This document shows, one piece after another, positions 38,997-53,991 of a stretch of DNA of 64,000 bases. The DNA is from Rotaria socialis. Its lineage: Eukaryota. Location of the stretch: positions 1 to 64,000 of the forward strand of contig CAJNYD010000203.1 in NCBI GenBank assembly GCA_905331295.1. Reading direction: 5' to 3'. Positions within the stretch are counted from its first letter, which is position 1. Every line of letters starts with the position of its first letter. The notes under the pieces were generated by a model. It did no database searches. It was not told the origin of the DNA and saw nothing but the letters and a program-made list of their open reading frames with translations. A program made the position numbers and the translations under genes.

Positions 38997-40422
38997 ATGT
39001 TATTTATTGATAGTCGTTATTATCGTCAATATTTCGTGATACTTACATCTTTCTGTCTGTGTATATTGTTCTTAATAAAAAATGACTTTCCAAAGGCAAT
39101 ACCTAATATTTATTTATTCAATAATGATTCATTATGTAACGATGTAGCAGCGGCTAATGAAACTGGTTTTGATTGTTTGGGTGAACCATTAATGGCATGG
39201 TGTCAAAATCAAATTCATTTATGTAATTCGTCGTTAACTATTTTCAATAGATTATTTGCAAAAACGCATTCGATTATTTTACAAACAAAATTCACTAAAG
39301 GAAAAAGAAAAGGTGGCGAAAATCTCAATCAAGTTTTAAATCAAAATGAAAATGACGAATATTTTCAATTTGAAAAAGAATTTATTCAAGTAGTTTACTG
39401 TTTGATTTCTTTTTTTTTCAAATTGCAAAAGCAAAACTATCCTATTTTTATATATTTAGCTTTCATGTAATACTTCATTACCAAACGATATATTTCCAAA
39501 CAGCCATTTATCTAATATATTTTCTTTCGTTACATCGTATCATACATTAGAAAATTTGGTTGTAATCAATGAAACAACCATAGCCGTCAATCGCTATGAT
39601 TATGTTAATTTTTATCATACAATAACTGATCTTTATACAGTTTATCTGTTATGTCGATTTTTTCGTCATAATCCAGCATCTGTTCGTATACTTTTTCTCG
39701 ATAGTCATCCAAAGGGTAACCTAGATTTATTATGGTCACAATTATTTCATTCATACAATCGTTTGGGATATTTACATCCTTCATCGATATTCTATAAAGA
39801 ATTAATTTGGTCGCCACCACAAGCAAAATCTGAACTAGATATAAAACAATCTCGAAAAATAGCACCAAGCTATTTTTCAGATTTTCATCAGCATGTTCTT
39901 GAAAAATTTAATATTGATTCAGAAAAAAATATATTTTTAAATTGTCAAAATGTAAATATATTTTTTCTTCTTCGCCATAATTATATTGCACATCCAAGAA
40001 ATCCAACAGGAGACATACAACGAAAATTAACAAATGAAAATGAAATTCTTCATCAATTAAAAATGAAACTTGAAAATATTTCATCAATTCATTTTACTTT
40101 TAATTTTTTTGAAAGATTACCTATGAAACGACAATTATCAATTATTACACAAACAGATCTTTTTCTTGGTATGCATGGTGCTGGTTTAACACATGTACTT
40201 TTTATGAAATCTAATCGAACTTTGATTGAACTTGCTACCGCTGCTTGGCAAAAAGAAACACATTTCGAACAAATGGCTTCGATTAATAATATTAACTATT
40301 ATCGTTGCATAATTCTCGATGGAGATTCGACAACCGCTCAAAATATATTGAATTGTTTAATGAAAAACCTTTTTCAAATGTGTCCTTCATTTAAACGATC
40401 ATTCGGAACAAATTTTTCATAA
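38997..40422 (+). CDS. Glycosyltransferase family 61 (EOGT/POMGNT2-like), type II membrane protein, 2 exons
   Basis: N-terminal TM; intron 39390-39459 keeps frame; motifs RYDYVNFYHTITD and QLSIITQTDLFLGMHGAGLTHVLFM...IEL. Confidence 0.88.
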
Positions 40423-42003
40423 ATTATAGCAAATAAAAGAAAAATACATAGCCGATATAAAATACGGAAATTTTTATAAAATTTCGCATACGATTATTTG
40501 TTCAAATAATTCGTATTTTTAAGAACGATGAAATAGCTCACTGTATTTTCATATTTATAGTCAGCCTATACGTTTCTGCTTTCATAACATAAATAATATG
40601 AGTTCTTATTCGCTTATTTCGTATAGGATATTATTTTCAAATAGAAAAAAGATTATATTAACAATAAAAATCTCAGTATTTCTTACTTCTATCAGACGAT
40701 AAAGCTATTTAAATATTAGAAAATTGCTCTTAATTATCCATTAGTGAGAAAAAAAAAGAGAAACTAAACTTGCCCACGAAGGAAGATACAAGTAGACATT
40801 GACTAGATTCTTCCCAGTCTATTTTGTTGACATTTTGACAAAATATCTTAGATAAAGCTAATTCGATGTAAAAGAGAAAAAAAGGCCAATCTTAACATTT
40901 GCAAATAGATAGATAGCCGTAAAACAAAACAAAAAAGAAATAAATGGAGTCAATAACAACTTTAGTAATTATACTGGCATACATAAATAAAACGAATGTG
41001 TTTATGTCAACATCAGAGACATTAGTGGTTTTGTGGTCATAATTGGTGATTTATGCTATACGTTTATCTTATTTTTCTTTTTCCTTATTTTGAATAACTA
41101 TGATACATCGATTTTGATGTCAGCAATAGTTCATAGATTTTACTGATTACATATAGAAAACACATATGTTTCTTCAAAAAATACGACCTCAGGATAATAT
41201 TCTTGTTTGTTGTATAAGAGTTTATATGTTGAGTAATATTAGACAATAGCTTTTTCTTATATATGCAAAACGTGATAGTAGTGTCATTGATATTAGCTAT
41301 TGTACACATAGGTTGTTGATGTGCATCATCAGCACGCTTTTCTGTTATCTATTGCCTACTAGGCTTGTCTCTATGACGTTGATTGATGAGACACTAGAAA
41401 GACACAATAATCTTTAAATGAAAAGCTCTATATGGACCACTACGTATATGTCCGCATATTGAAAATATGTTACCCAAATATTAATCGTGTATTTCAGCAT
41501 AAACCGGCTGTAAACTTAAGCTTGCAAATAAGTATGTGCTGAATAGATTACTATGGATATTTGCTGCTCATTTTGTTTATGGAGGTCAAGAGCAAATGGT
41601 AATAATTAGCTATTTGAGTAGTACTAAACAAATGCGTTATTTTCTTTCCCACTCTATGTCTAAGGACATCAGCAATTGTCCACGTAAATAATTTATCATG
41701 ATGGAAACAAGGACAATTTTAATATCTTATGAGACAGAATAATTCGGAAATACCACAGTTATGCTATTTGATTGATGAGAGGTGAAAGAAGAAGGTTATT
41801 AATGGACTTTGTATTTTCTTTTCATTAGTGACATTCGTTATGTCTTTCGTAGATAAAATATTGCTTAGGTGAGTATACACATACGTACATATATGTCTAT
41901 ATGATCAAAATGCATATAAATTTGAGCTAATCAACAGCAGCACTGAATGTATTATATTTTCAAGCGAATGCATCAGTCCTTTTACTCTCACTCGATCATA
42001 ATG

Positions 42004-42034
<31 letters not shown>

Positions 42035-43998
42035 TAATATACTAAATATGAGCAGCATGTAGTAGATGTTTTCGTTGCTCGCTTAAAAACGATGGGAGAA
42101 ATGAAGAAAAAAAGGTTTCTCATAGTGGCCTAACGACAAGCTTGTTTTCTTAGATTCTAATATATGTATCGATCATCAACGAAAATTGATGTTTGCCTGA
42201 AAGAGCATACGGATGGAGACGTAATAAAATATAAAAAGAAAAATGGCCTTCTACTACTCCTCCTTATTTCTTTCTATAGTAAACGTTTAAAATTTGCATT
42301 CTAAATTTTTCTCTATCGATGATTTATCTTCATTTTAAAACTTTTCTATTTGTAAAAATTTTGATAATTCAAACAATCAATGCCATCTGAAAAAACGCAA
42401 TTATTTCATTAACTTCATCGTAATCAATAATCAATATATGCAGAACCGAATATTGCATATTTTCAGTAAGTGCATACATTGTATATCCTTTTCTTTTGCT
42501 CCCGTTGGATCAAGACTAAAGTACAATTGTGTAACATATGTAGGTTTTTATACATTTCTGTGTTTTTTTCTGTTTATTAGCTAAACTTGATGCTCTTCGA
42601 CTTATCAAGTGTTGATGCTAATATATAATTTGTGTCGTCTTCAAAAAAGAAAAATCTCGAAGGAGAACGATTGAAGAAGAAGATGAATGTTAGTGTTGAT
42701 ATTATGTATCCTTAACGGGTACTTATGCAATAGCTTTTCTTCGCGTTGATTGGACCAAGAGACTATCCTTATCTTTTTTCTTCTTCTTCTGACATAATGA
42801 TGAGAGACAAAGGTGATGATCGATTTGTACTTTTAGAAACAAAAAAAAAGCTACTGAATTTTTCTCTACATATATATATATATAAATGATAACATTCATA
42901 AAAGGAATTCTTAATTAACAAAATACCTTCATGTTAGTACTATGTTAATATGCATATATAAATATGTATGTCTAGGTACGGACATCTCTATAAACATATT
43001 CTCTTAATAGCAATCGAGCTACTATACTGTGTAAAATGCACTGGTCGCAGCTTATAGTAGCATATCACTTTTTTGGCTAACTTATTACTGGTAAGGAAAA
43101 AGGAAAAGAGGGAGAGAGAGAGGGAGAGAGAGAGGAAGAGAGAGAGAGAGAGAGATAAAGAAAAAGATGCTATTATTGCGGTCTGCGATGGTGGCATTGG
43201 TGGTTATACCAATCATTACTCAATATATCGCTGTAGAGAGAAAGAATAACAACGTTGTCGGACGGTTATTCGGCTCTTTTTTTCCAAGTTATAGCGCACT
43301 AACTGTTCCTATGTGTGGTCGTCGAGTTTGTTTCTAGTATTACCAGGCAAGAAAAAATTATTTATCTAAGCTCGACGAACGATAGACATGGCTCATAGCG
43401 GATATGCTACTTGTTGCGTTTATCTCCGAGAAAGACAGTCGTATATCTTATGCATTTATGTCCCTTTCGTTTCCGAGAGCAGAAAAAAGGTAAAGTAAGC
43501 GATGCGAGTTAATAGAGATGAAAGAAAGTTTTTTTTCAATAACAAAAAAAAGATATTTAGATTGATAGTTATTTAATTTTTTGTATACTTTGCTTCTTAT
43601 GATTGTTACTGAATAGTATATACAACGTTTTACGTGCTTATTGTAAATTTTGTGATTTTATCGAGCGAAGGATATATCATTTGAGTATCATTATTTACAA
43701 TTGACATGAATTTGTAATGAATCTTATGATAGGCGGTTTTTTTCTTGATGAATGTGTTAGATTACTAGACTGGCATTATGATAGAGTATCAAAATTATAT
43801 CATCTTCGCCTTCTTCTTTTTTCCTACGTATTCTATGAGATGCCAAAGATAAGAAGTAAATATATATTTATATACGTTTGTTAAATGACAACACTTTTCT
43901 TGTATATACATATATATATATATATATATATTCAGTTTTATTTTTAGATATCATTCTCTTAAACTCTTTTTCCACTTGTCGATCCTATTATTCCGGGG

Positions 43999-46472
43999 AT
44001 GGACCCAAAGATTATCACAGGTTTAGTCCTGTGGTTTTGTGTAGTTGCAAGCTTATCGATATCTCAAGTAAGAGCGCTTTTAAAATTTTTCGTTGATATT
44101 TTATACATATTATAATACGTGTTACACTAGATTGATTCTGCCAGACTAGATTCAAGGCACAGGTTTAGACGACAAAATGATGAAAGTAAGTTATTGGTAG
44201 TAAAAAAAAGAATCACTATTTTGTCCTTGCTGAACTATTAACTATTCCATTCGCTTCGCTACCTGCTTTCTCCTGCTATTAGGTATTGCTTGTCCACAAG
44301 GAACTAAACCTTGTAAAGATGATAACAATATGTGTGTTACCTATTGCGATGGTAATCCTGATTGTGCAGATGGCTCTGATGAGCTCGATTGCAGTAAGTA
44401 TTTTATGAATAATCCTAATCAAGGAACCAGTTATTTACTTCACTAAATCCTTTACCAACAGCTACAGCTGCTTCTGCTACATCTGCTGACACTAATGCTT
44501 TTGCTCAAACTACACAGTCAAGTGGCAATGAAATCGAACGTGCCAATGTTCCTGAAGGAACAACTGATATAACTGAAGCTACTCTTCCACATATAACTAT
44601 TCTCGATCGAGAAACTGTGGCAGCAGGTGTGATTTCGATCGAGAACATAAATATTGAATTGCATGTTATCATGTTTTGAAGTTCATTTTAATGCCTGTTT
44701 TTTCTTAATTATTTACGAATATTATTAGATAATCAACTGAGTTTTCTTATTCTTTCTTTGTTTTAGCTACTGCAGAAACAACTGTTAACGGTAAGTTTTA
44801 TATATGATTTCTTCAAATACTTTCTTTTCTAACCATATAAACAGAAGCACTTTTTATATCGCTATAAAAATTCTTGCTTTTTCTCACTATAACATCTTTG
44901 CTACTTATCCTCTGCATACATAGACGGTGTAAGCGCAGGCACTACTCAAGGATCAAATGCCAAAGACGCACAATCAACAGAAGCTGCTGCTGATGGTACT
45001 ACCGCAGCCTTGCCACAAGGAACTACTGCTGAAGCTGCCGGTGCCACCACGGGCGCCGCTGTTGTAGCTGATGCGACCACAGGCGCTGATGCTGATGCTA
45101 CCACAGGAGCTGCTGCTGCTGCTGCTACTGATGCCGATGCTACTACAGGAGCTGATGCTGCTGCTGCTACCACAGGAGCTGCTGATGCCGATGCTACTAC
45201 AGGAGCTGCTGCTGCAGACGCTACCACAGGAGCTGTTGATGCCGATGCTACAACAGCTGCTGCAGATGCTGCTACAGATGGTACAGCTGCTACTGATGCC
45301 GCTGAATCAGCTACAACTGAAGCAGCTGAAGGTGGTGCTACTGCTGCTACAGTAGAATCCGCTACTGGAAATACTGAAGCTGTAGAAGGATCCGAAACAA
45401 CGAATGCCGGTAATACTGATGCATCAACTGGTGGAGATGATTTAACATCAGCTAAACCAGGAAATGGCCATGGAAGTGAAGATGAAAGTAGTACAGCCAG
45501 TGTTAGCGGAGATACCACAAGTGCTGATGGTGCAACCCATGATGCATCAACTGTTGAAGCTGTCACCGTAGATCAAGATGGAACAACAAATGTTGCTGAT
45601 GAAACGACAGCACATGCTGGCTCTGATGCATCAACTGGAAGTGACGCATCATTAACAACAGTAATAGGTACCAATATTATAAAATCTGAATTTGGAATGA
45701 AATGGTTTGTGCACGAAACTGTCACTTGAATGAAACTACGTTTTCTGTTTATTTAGCTAATTTGCTTGTTTGCCTGTTTGCTTATTGAATATTTCGAAGC
45801 TTTCGAGCTCAATTAAAAGAATAAGTACTTCATTTTCTTTTGTGATTATTTCAGATGCAGGCGCTGCAGATGGTAAGTTCATCGGAATGTGTAATTTCGA
45901 ATTGTTCTTTTTTTTGCATGGTTTGGTAAATGTCTGCATATGCATGAATAATAGACTATGACGATGAATCTTACGAGAATGATCATGTTCAAACAGCAGC
46001 TCCACTGATAAATCCAAAGAATAATAATGATATAGAAAAAGAAAATGCAACTAACAGCAATTATGTAATAGTGACCACAATCGTAGCTCAACAAGTTGCG
46101 AGTCGAACAGCAACAACAACGACAGCAACATTAGATGATGATGTTGAATATTATGACATTTCAGAAGAACATAATGTAATTGCAGCTAGTACTACGACTA
46201 CTAGAAAAACAACAACCACCAGTCGTCGAGTAACAATTGCAGCCACAACAAACAGTGATGATGTAGAATATTATGATATTGAAGAGGATGAGATGGTGAA
46301 AGAAAATCGAATTCCTATAGAATCATCATATCCAGATGTAACGAGTGAGATCAATATTCAAATGTCATGTATTATTTCATAATGGTACTCATGCTCACTA
46401 ATTAACTAGCTTCTTCTTTTAAATGGCACATCATGCCAGATATCGTATCTTATAACATTCTCGATTTCTATT

Positions 46473-46512
<40 letters not shown>

Positions 46513-49500
46513 GTAGGGGAAAATAAAAAAAGCATTAGTGCATGCTAATGATTATTATGGTTTTGCTTATTGTGCTACTTTGATATTACGTAACGATAAA
46601 ATAATATTATTTTCTTTCAAATCTAATTTAGATAATGGCACTCACGTCACTGGTGGCGAGGGTAAGTAATATGAAATTGTTTTTGTATTCTTTTATAAGT
46701 TGAGTTTTTTCATTTTTCACTTTTAATAACATAAAATAACACAGTAGAATTATTCATACTAAAGAAATATCCAAACTAATTGACAAAATTTTTCTATGAG
46801 TTATAATCGTTTTAATATAATATAAATATTTCAAACAACTTTGTTTTATTCCTATTTCAAAGAAGCAACAACAGTCGCTCCTGAAGAACCACAACCAGGC
46901 CCTCGAGTTGAACTTCGTGTTGTTGTTAGTCCAGAACTTCTTCAAGTACAACGTGGTCAAACCTATGAAATGACTTGTACTGTTTATGGTGCTGATGCAA
47001 CAACAACCATTTATTGGATTCAAGAAGAACCAGAACGAGTAAGGATAGTTCATTGAATGTCTAAGATAAACTAAAGAATAATTTTTAGCGTTATGCTCTC
47101 ATCGATGGAGCTGAAGAAAGTGATAAACAAGTAACAATGTCACAAGTTTCATTAAAAGCACGTATTACACTTGATGATCCAAGTAAAATTGGTAAATATA
47201 CATGTATGGCACAAGATACATATGGCAATAGTGGTGCAGCCATTCTTACTATGGAAGAAAGTCGTTATACTTATCCAATACCAGTATATCCACCAGTGGC
47301 ACCTGATCGTATGTATCAAAAAAATGAAAGAAAAAAGAAAATTATTAAAATTCTTTATGTTTTCTAGAAAGTGGTGGTGGTCAAGGATATTTACGTATTG
47401 TTGCACCTGATATGGTTGAAGGTGATTATATAGAAATTCAATGTGAAGGTGCTACACCAGAAGACGAAGGACGCATTCAATGGTTCTTTAACAATAGAGT
47501 AAGAAAAATTACTACTACCTGAAATAAATGTTTTCTTTGTTTGACCACAGATAAAACGAATCATAATTAGGATTAACATTCATTTAAATATTTATTCTCT
47601 CTTTTTTTTCTTAGCTTCTTAATGATGAACAACCACTTTATCCACGTGGTAAAACTCTTCATATTCGTCCTATCTCAAGACCTTATTTGGGAAATTATCG
47701 TTGTTCAATCCCAGGCAGCAGTTATGCTGATGGCAACAGTGTTCTTACTTTCGGAAGTAATAATTTTTTGAAAAAACAAAATTCTAAAAGGTTTAATGCG
47801 ATTTTTATTTTGTTTTAATGGCACAGGTTCACTACCAGGTGGCGCAATCTATCGTAAATATCATTATTTATGTTCTTTTGACATACTAAATTTTAAAATA
47901 ATTTAGCTCCTGGATTTGCTGTAGCAGTTCAAATCGTTCAAGGTCAAACAGCTCCAGGACAAGCACAAGAAAATTCACAAGTCATTTTTCAATGTCAACC
48001 AAGTGGACAAGCTACTAGTTACAGTTGGACATTCACATCAGTAAAATCAAATTCATTTTTCAAATCTTCAAATGTTTATGATGTTTCTATCTAGAACCAA
48101 GGAGTAGTCAACCGTGGTACCACTGGTCAATTAGTTATTGATAGAGCTAGTGCTCAAGATTCAGGCCAGTACATCTGTGAAGCAACCAATGCTCATGGTC
48201 AAACAGGACGTGGTTCAGCCAATCTTTATGTCACTTGTATGTTCAATTAGAATAGGAAAGGTTTTGATTTCTTATATACTGTGCGTTTTGTTCTTCCAAA
48301 TATAGCTGCTGCTCCTCCTGTACCACCAATTACTGGCCGATGCAGTATTGATGAAGCTACTTGCCGTAATGGTCGTTGTATTCCACGTGCATATCTTTAT
48401 GATGGTAAAAATGATTGTGGTGATAATAGTGATGAAGCTGCGCGTAAGTTTGCTTATTTTTTTGATTCGACTTTTACTATTGTCATCTATTTCTACTTTT
48501 TTTAGCAGGAACTGGAGGTAATAAAAAAATAGGAATTTTAAAGGTAAGAAATAATTCTTATGATAAATTTAGGTGACGGATGTCAACCAAACGAAATTCG
48601 TTGTACGAATGGTGATCGTGGACGAAAATGTGTACAGAAATTTTGGATGTGTGATGGTGATCGGTAATCTAAATAAATGTGGCTTTGTCATGAAACTCAT
48701 GTATCCTTTTCGTTCTTTTTTTTGTAGTGATTGTGATGATGGAAGTGATGAAGACCAACGTTATTGTGGTATGTAAAAAAAAGCCAAAATTCTCTTCTAA
48801 ATAATAGTTATATTGTTTCTTTCTATAAAAGAATTACTTCCTCGACAACATTATTGTAAACCAAGTGAATTTCATTGCGGTGGTTCAAATGCTACAACAC
48901 CAAATCCAGTTTGCATTCCACGATCATTTCAATGCGATGGTTATAATGATTGTCCTGATCGTTCGGACGAAGTCGGCTGTGGTAAGACAAATAAATATTC
49001 ATAATTATTATCATCTGTTGATTTTATCTATCGTATCTTTAAAGCTAAACCGGTTGTTGTTGTTGCACCACAACGTCAAATCCAAATTAATGTCGGTCAA
49101 ACGTTAACGATTCAATGTACAGCTCGTGGTTCACCTGCACCATACATTAATTGGCGTCTCAATTGGGGTCATGTATGCGGTGATGGTTCCGATAATGGAC
49201 GATGCTCAATGGCACAAGTTTTAGATGCCAATGATCCAAGTGTTGTTACTGGCACACTCACTGTTCGCAATGTTAATACTGCCGATGGTGGTGCTTATTC
49301 ATGTGAAGCACTTAACAATCAAGGCTTTATTTTTGCTATTCCAGATGCCATTGTTGAAGTTATTATTGGTTAGTATTTTGTTTTGAGAATAGAATAAATT
49401 GACAATTGAAAGTTTTCTTCTTTTTTTTCTCTTGGTTTTCTAGAAGACCGTCGTGAACCACCCCGAGCACAACAATGTAATTGTAATGGTCATTCATCCA

Positions 49501-52500
49501 CTTGTTCACCTGATGGACAATGTATTGTATGTATTAGAAATTAAGTACTTAGATTATTATTATATTGTTTCGTTTCGTTTATTATTTATTAGAATTGTCA
49601 ACACAATACTGTTGGTTACAATTGTGAATTCTGTGCTACAGGTTATGAAGGTGATGCTCGTCGAGGTACACCATATGATTGTCAACCAATTCAAGCCCCA
49701 CCACCGACTTCACGTAAATATTCATTCGATCTAAAATTGAATTAACTATTTTTTTTATTTTGCTTTTCAATAGGTTGTAATCCATCCGGCACACATATGG
49801 AACGTGGTGGCCGTTGTATTTGCAAATACAATGTTGAAGGTGACCGATGTGATCAATGTAAGCGTGCTCACTTCTATTTGAATCCAACAACACCAAATGG
49901 TTGTTTACCCTGCTTCTGTTCGGGTGTATCAACTGATTGTACATCATCTGATTGGCGACGACAATCTGTAAGTTATTTGTGTGTTACTGTTCACAACTTC
50001 TAAAAAAATTCCCATTAGGCGCCACTTGCAATGAGCAACTGGAATGCAGTACCAAAGAACTTTGCTAATGACTTGTACGAAGCACGTGATCAAATTCAAC
50101 AACGTAATGGTGGACGTGAAATATCTCTTGATCAAAGTTCATTAGGTCGTCCAGCTACTGAAGTTCTTTACTGGAAGGCACCGAAAGAAGCACTTGGAGA
50201 TGTTGTTACTTTATATGATGGTAACATTGATGTTCATTTCACTAATGATGGTAACGATAATGAAGCACCAAGCAGTGATGAATTTTTATGGTTACGTGGT
50301 AATAATATTGATATTGTTCACAAAATTCCACAAACTCAACGATTCAAAGCTAACACAAACTCGACTTATTCAGTAGCAGTTAATGAAGTAGGAATATGAA
50401 AAAGAAAAGAAATAGAACTAGTAACATTAATTTAATTGAATCTTTTTCTTTTCTAGCGAACATTCACACGTAAAGATGGTACACACATTGACCGTGAGAA
50501 TATTCTTATGGCTCTATCTGATTTGGATACATTACTCGTTAAAGTAAATCCAATTGGTGGCCGACGTAAAGCTGTGTAAGATAATTGGTTTTATGTTCGC
50601 TTTAAATTTAAATCTATTTATTTTTTTAAAGTCTTCATGGTATTAATTTGAATGCTGCTGCTCGTGATGGCTATAGTGATGCAGCACCAACAGTTGAATC
50701 GTGTCGTTGCCCAGCTAATTATACTGGTACATCATGCGAAAAATGCGCTGAAGGTTATGGTCGTCCACATCCATTAGTTGGTATCTATTTGGGACAATGT
50801 TGGTCTTGCCGTTCATTATGTAATGATCGATCAGATCGATGCGATCCAGATAGTGGCAGATGTATTGTATGTATATTAATACTTAATTATTTTAATGTTT
50901 TTCGTTTAAACTATATGACGTCTTTTTTTCTTTAATTATAATAAATAGGATTGCCAAGCTAACAGCGAAGGTGATCGATGTGAACGATGCCGTGCTGGTT
51001 TTATCCTTGATCCACGATTGAATCAATGTGTACGAGATGAGCAATCTGCATCTTGTAAGAATATAAAAATAAAATTTTTCTTCTCGCAATATACCTTTTT
51101 TTTTATTCATTGCTAGATCCAGTGCAACCATCTGGACCTGGTTCACGAGGTGCCTATTATCTCGACCAACGACCATATGATGTACGTGGCACAAGTCCAG
51201 TAACTATTATTTTGGATGGTAATCTACCAGAACAGCGTCTTCCACTTCAAGTTCTTGTATGTGATCAATAGTAGATTTTTCGTTCGTTGTTGCTGTACGC
51301 AGGCATTTTCTTTCTATTACATTAGAATACTCAACCACAATCTATTGTATGGGGCCGTACCGATGGTAGTTCATTACCTGCCAATGTTGTTCAAGAAGGC
51401 AATGATCTTGTTTTCCGTAATCCATCCGCTGAACAAGCTGGAAATTATATTGCCAGTATAACTCATCCTGATGGTTTCATTGAACGTATTGCTGTTTACT
51501 TAGAATATCGTCCAGGTTAGTTTATCTTGATATAAAGAATTAGTATTCAAATGAGGTTTTTCTTTTTCTTTTCCTTTTTTTCTTTTAGGTCAACGTCAAC
51601 CTGGCCCTGGTGCTGCTTATCCATTATTCACACCTGCTAGTCCATTGACAATTGCAGAAGGTGCCAGTCAATTAATACAACCACAAGGTTTCTATCAACG
51701 AGTCTACTGGCGTCGTGATGCTGGTCAATCATTTCCAGCCGGTGTTTATCAAAGCGGAAATGCCTTACAAATAAACAGTGCACGACCAGATCACTCTGGA
51801 ACCTACTACTGTGATTTATATGGAAGTGACGGTTCATTAATGTCTATTCCATATGAAGTTCGTGTTCGAGCTGCTGATCGACCATATGGACCTTCTGGTA
51901 ACTGAATTGAAAAGAGTTATGATTAATCTAAAAGTATATTCTAATTTTTCTTTCTAAGGAGGCGCACCAAAAATAACTATTGAACCTAAAACAATTAATT
52001 TGAAAGAAGGTCAACGTATGATTGTTCAATATACAGTTAGCGTAAGTTTTAATGTAATAAAATTAGAAACTTATGATTTATTTTTCTTATTCATTTAGTC
52101 ACATGATCCTATTGAAGTTTTCTGGAACAAACGAACAGATCAAGGCTATCAACCAATTCCATCATTGTTCGCTGTTGAACCAAATCGTCTCGTATTGAAT
52201 CGTGCAACAACAGATGCAGCTGGTGTCTATCAAGTTGTTGTTCGTAATACACATGGTGAAGATCGTCAAGAATTACGTATTAATGTTGAGCCACGTCGTG
52301 GTCGAGGACGTGATCCACAATCTGGTGCACCACGAATTCGTTTTGCTCAAGATCAATATGAAATCAGTGCTGGTGGCAAAGTCGATGTTACACCAACAAT
52401 TTCGGTAAAAATAAAACTTAGAAAGAAACTCTGATTTTGTTTACTCTAACATTTTGTAAACTACATTTAGGGAGCAAGTGGAACAACAGTAACTTGGTCA

Positions 52501-53954
52501 AAAGATGGTTCAGCTTATTTACCTGATGGTGTTACGGCACGAAGTGATGGAGCATTATCTATTGAAGGTCGATCAGGTGATGTTGGTGGACGATATTTAC
52601 TTGAAGCTACAAACGCTTATGGCACTGTATCGTCACCAGTCACTGTTGTATGGAAAGAAGCTTGTAAGTATATTATTGAATAATGTTTAATAGTTCTTAA
52701 CATCATTTCATATGTTATTTAGCTGGCCAATATGGTGGCTATGGTAAGTAATATTAGTTTTAGTTTTGTTGTTGCTTTGCTTTCAAAACCGAACTGCTTT
52801 TCCTTTTGCTTATCAATCATTGCATTAGCAGTCAGGCAAAATCGAAGAGTTCAATGGAATGTTCAAAAACTAGATTTGAATGAAGGTCGTCGTCTTGAAG
52901 CTGTTTGCCGAAGTTATGCTGATCCATCGACGCTTAGTCTAGATGTTACACGTCATAATGGTCGACAACGTGAAGTAGTACCACTTGGTTTAACATTTTC
53001 GAATGGTTATCTATCATTGGGTGCTGTTACAAATCAAGACGATGGACTTGAATTTACTTGTACATCGGGAAATACTTCTGATATCTTAACACTTCATGTT
53101 CGCCCATCGAGTACGCTTTGCTTATTCTGCTGATCTTTTTTTTGCATCTGCTTTCTAGTTTATCTTGTTGTTGTTTTCTCTGCGAAAGCATGCTCTTTTT
53201 TTTCGATATTAATTTCCATGTCGATTATTTTTAGGTAATGTTCAAGATGGTGGACGCAGTTATATTGGTGTTCATTTTGCATCAAGTGATGAACGTAACC
53301 ATCAAGTTGGACGTGATATCAATCTACAATGTGCAGTTCAAGGAAGTATTGAACGTCCATATGAATTTACATTCACAAAAGATGGTCGTCCATTGGAAAA
53401 TAGTAAAAGAAAATTTATTAAATCTGATAAAAGACAAAAAAAAAACATTGCTTTTCTTGAATAGATGTTGAAGTACATCCTAATGGTTTATTAATTATTC
53501 GTAATGCTCAAGCTGGTGATTCTGGACGTTATCGGTAAAGAAAATAATTCTTTCGTAAGAAATTTATTATATTATGTATATATTCATTTTAATAGATGTG
53601 AAGTTAACTTCCCACGTGCACCACAAGCTGGCGTACAAGAAAGTAGTTATGATCTTCGAGTTGAAGGTAAAGAATTTTGATTCATTTCATTTCTATTCTA
53701 TTATTATTATTTCAATTTTTATTTAAGGTGGTCAGGGTTCAGCTGAAAGTCATGATCAAGGATATCAATATGGTACTGCATACCAAACACCAGCTGAATA
53801 TATTGAAGCAACCATTGAACCAGCCGAAGCAACTCTTGGCCTTGGTGAAAAAGCTAATTTAACATGTCGTGTTAAAGGTGCTCAACAGTATACTGTAACA
53901 TGGACTAAATATGCACATGATACAGGTTTACCAAATTATGCTCGTGTATGTATT

Positions 53955-53991
<37 letters not shown>

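Noticed and set aside
43388..43498. ATG-initiated frame upstream of the perlecan-like gene
   Set aside because: It has no signal peptide; the ATG at 43999 gives a clear one. This is more likely a 5' UTR exon or uORF.
44946..45566. 206-aa Ala/Val/Ser-rich minus-strand ORF
   Set aside because: Antisense shadow of the GCT-rich mucin-like exon.
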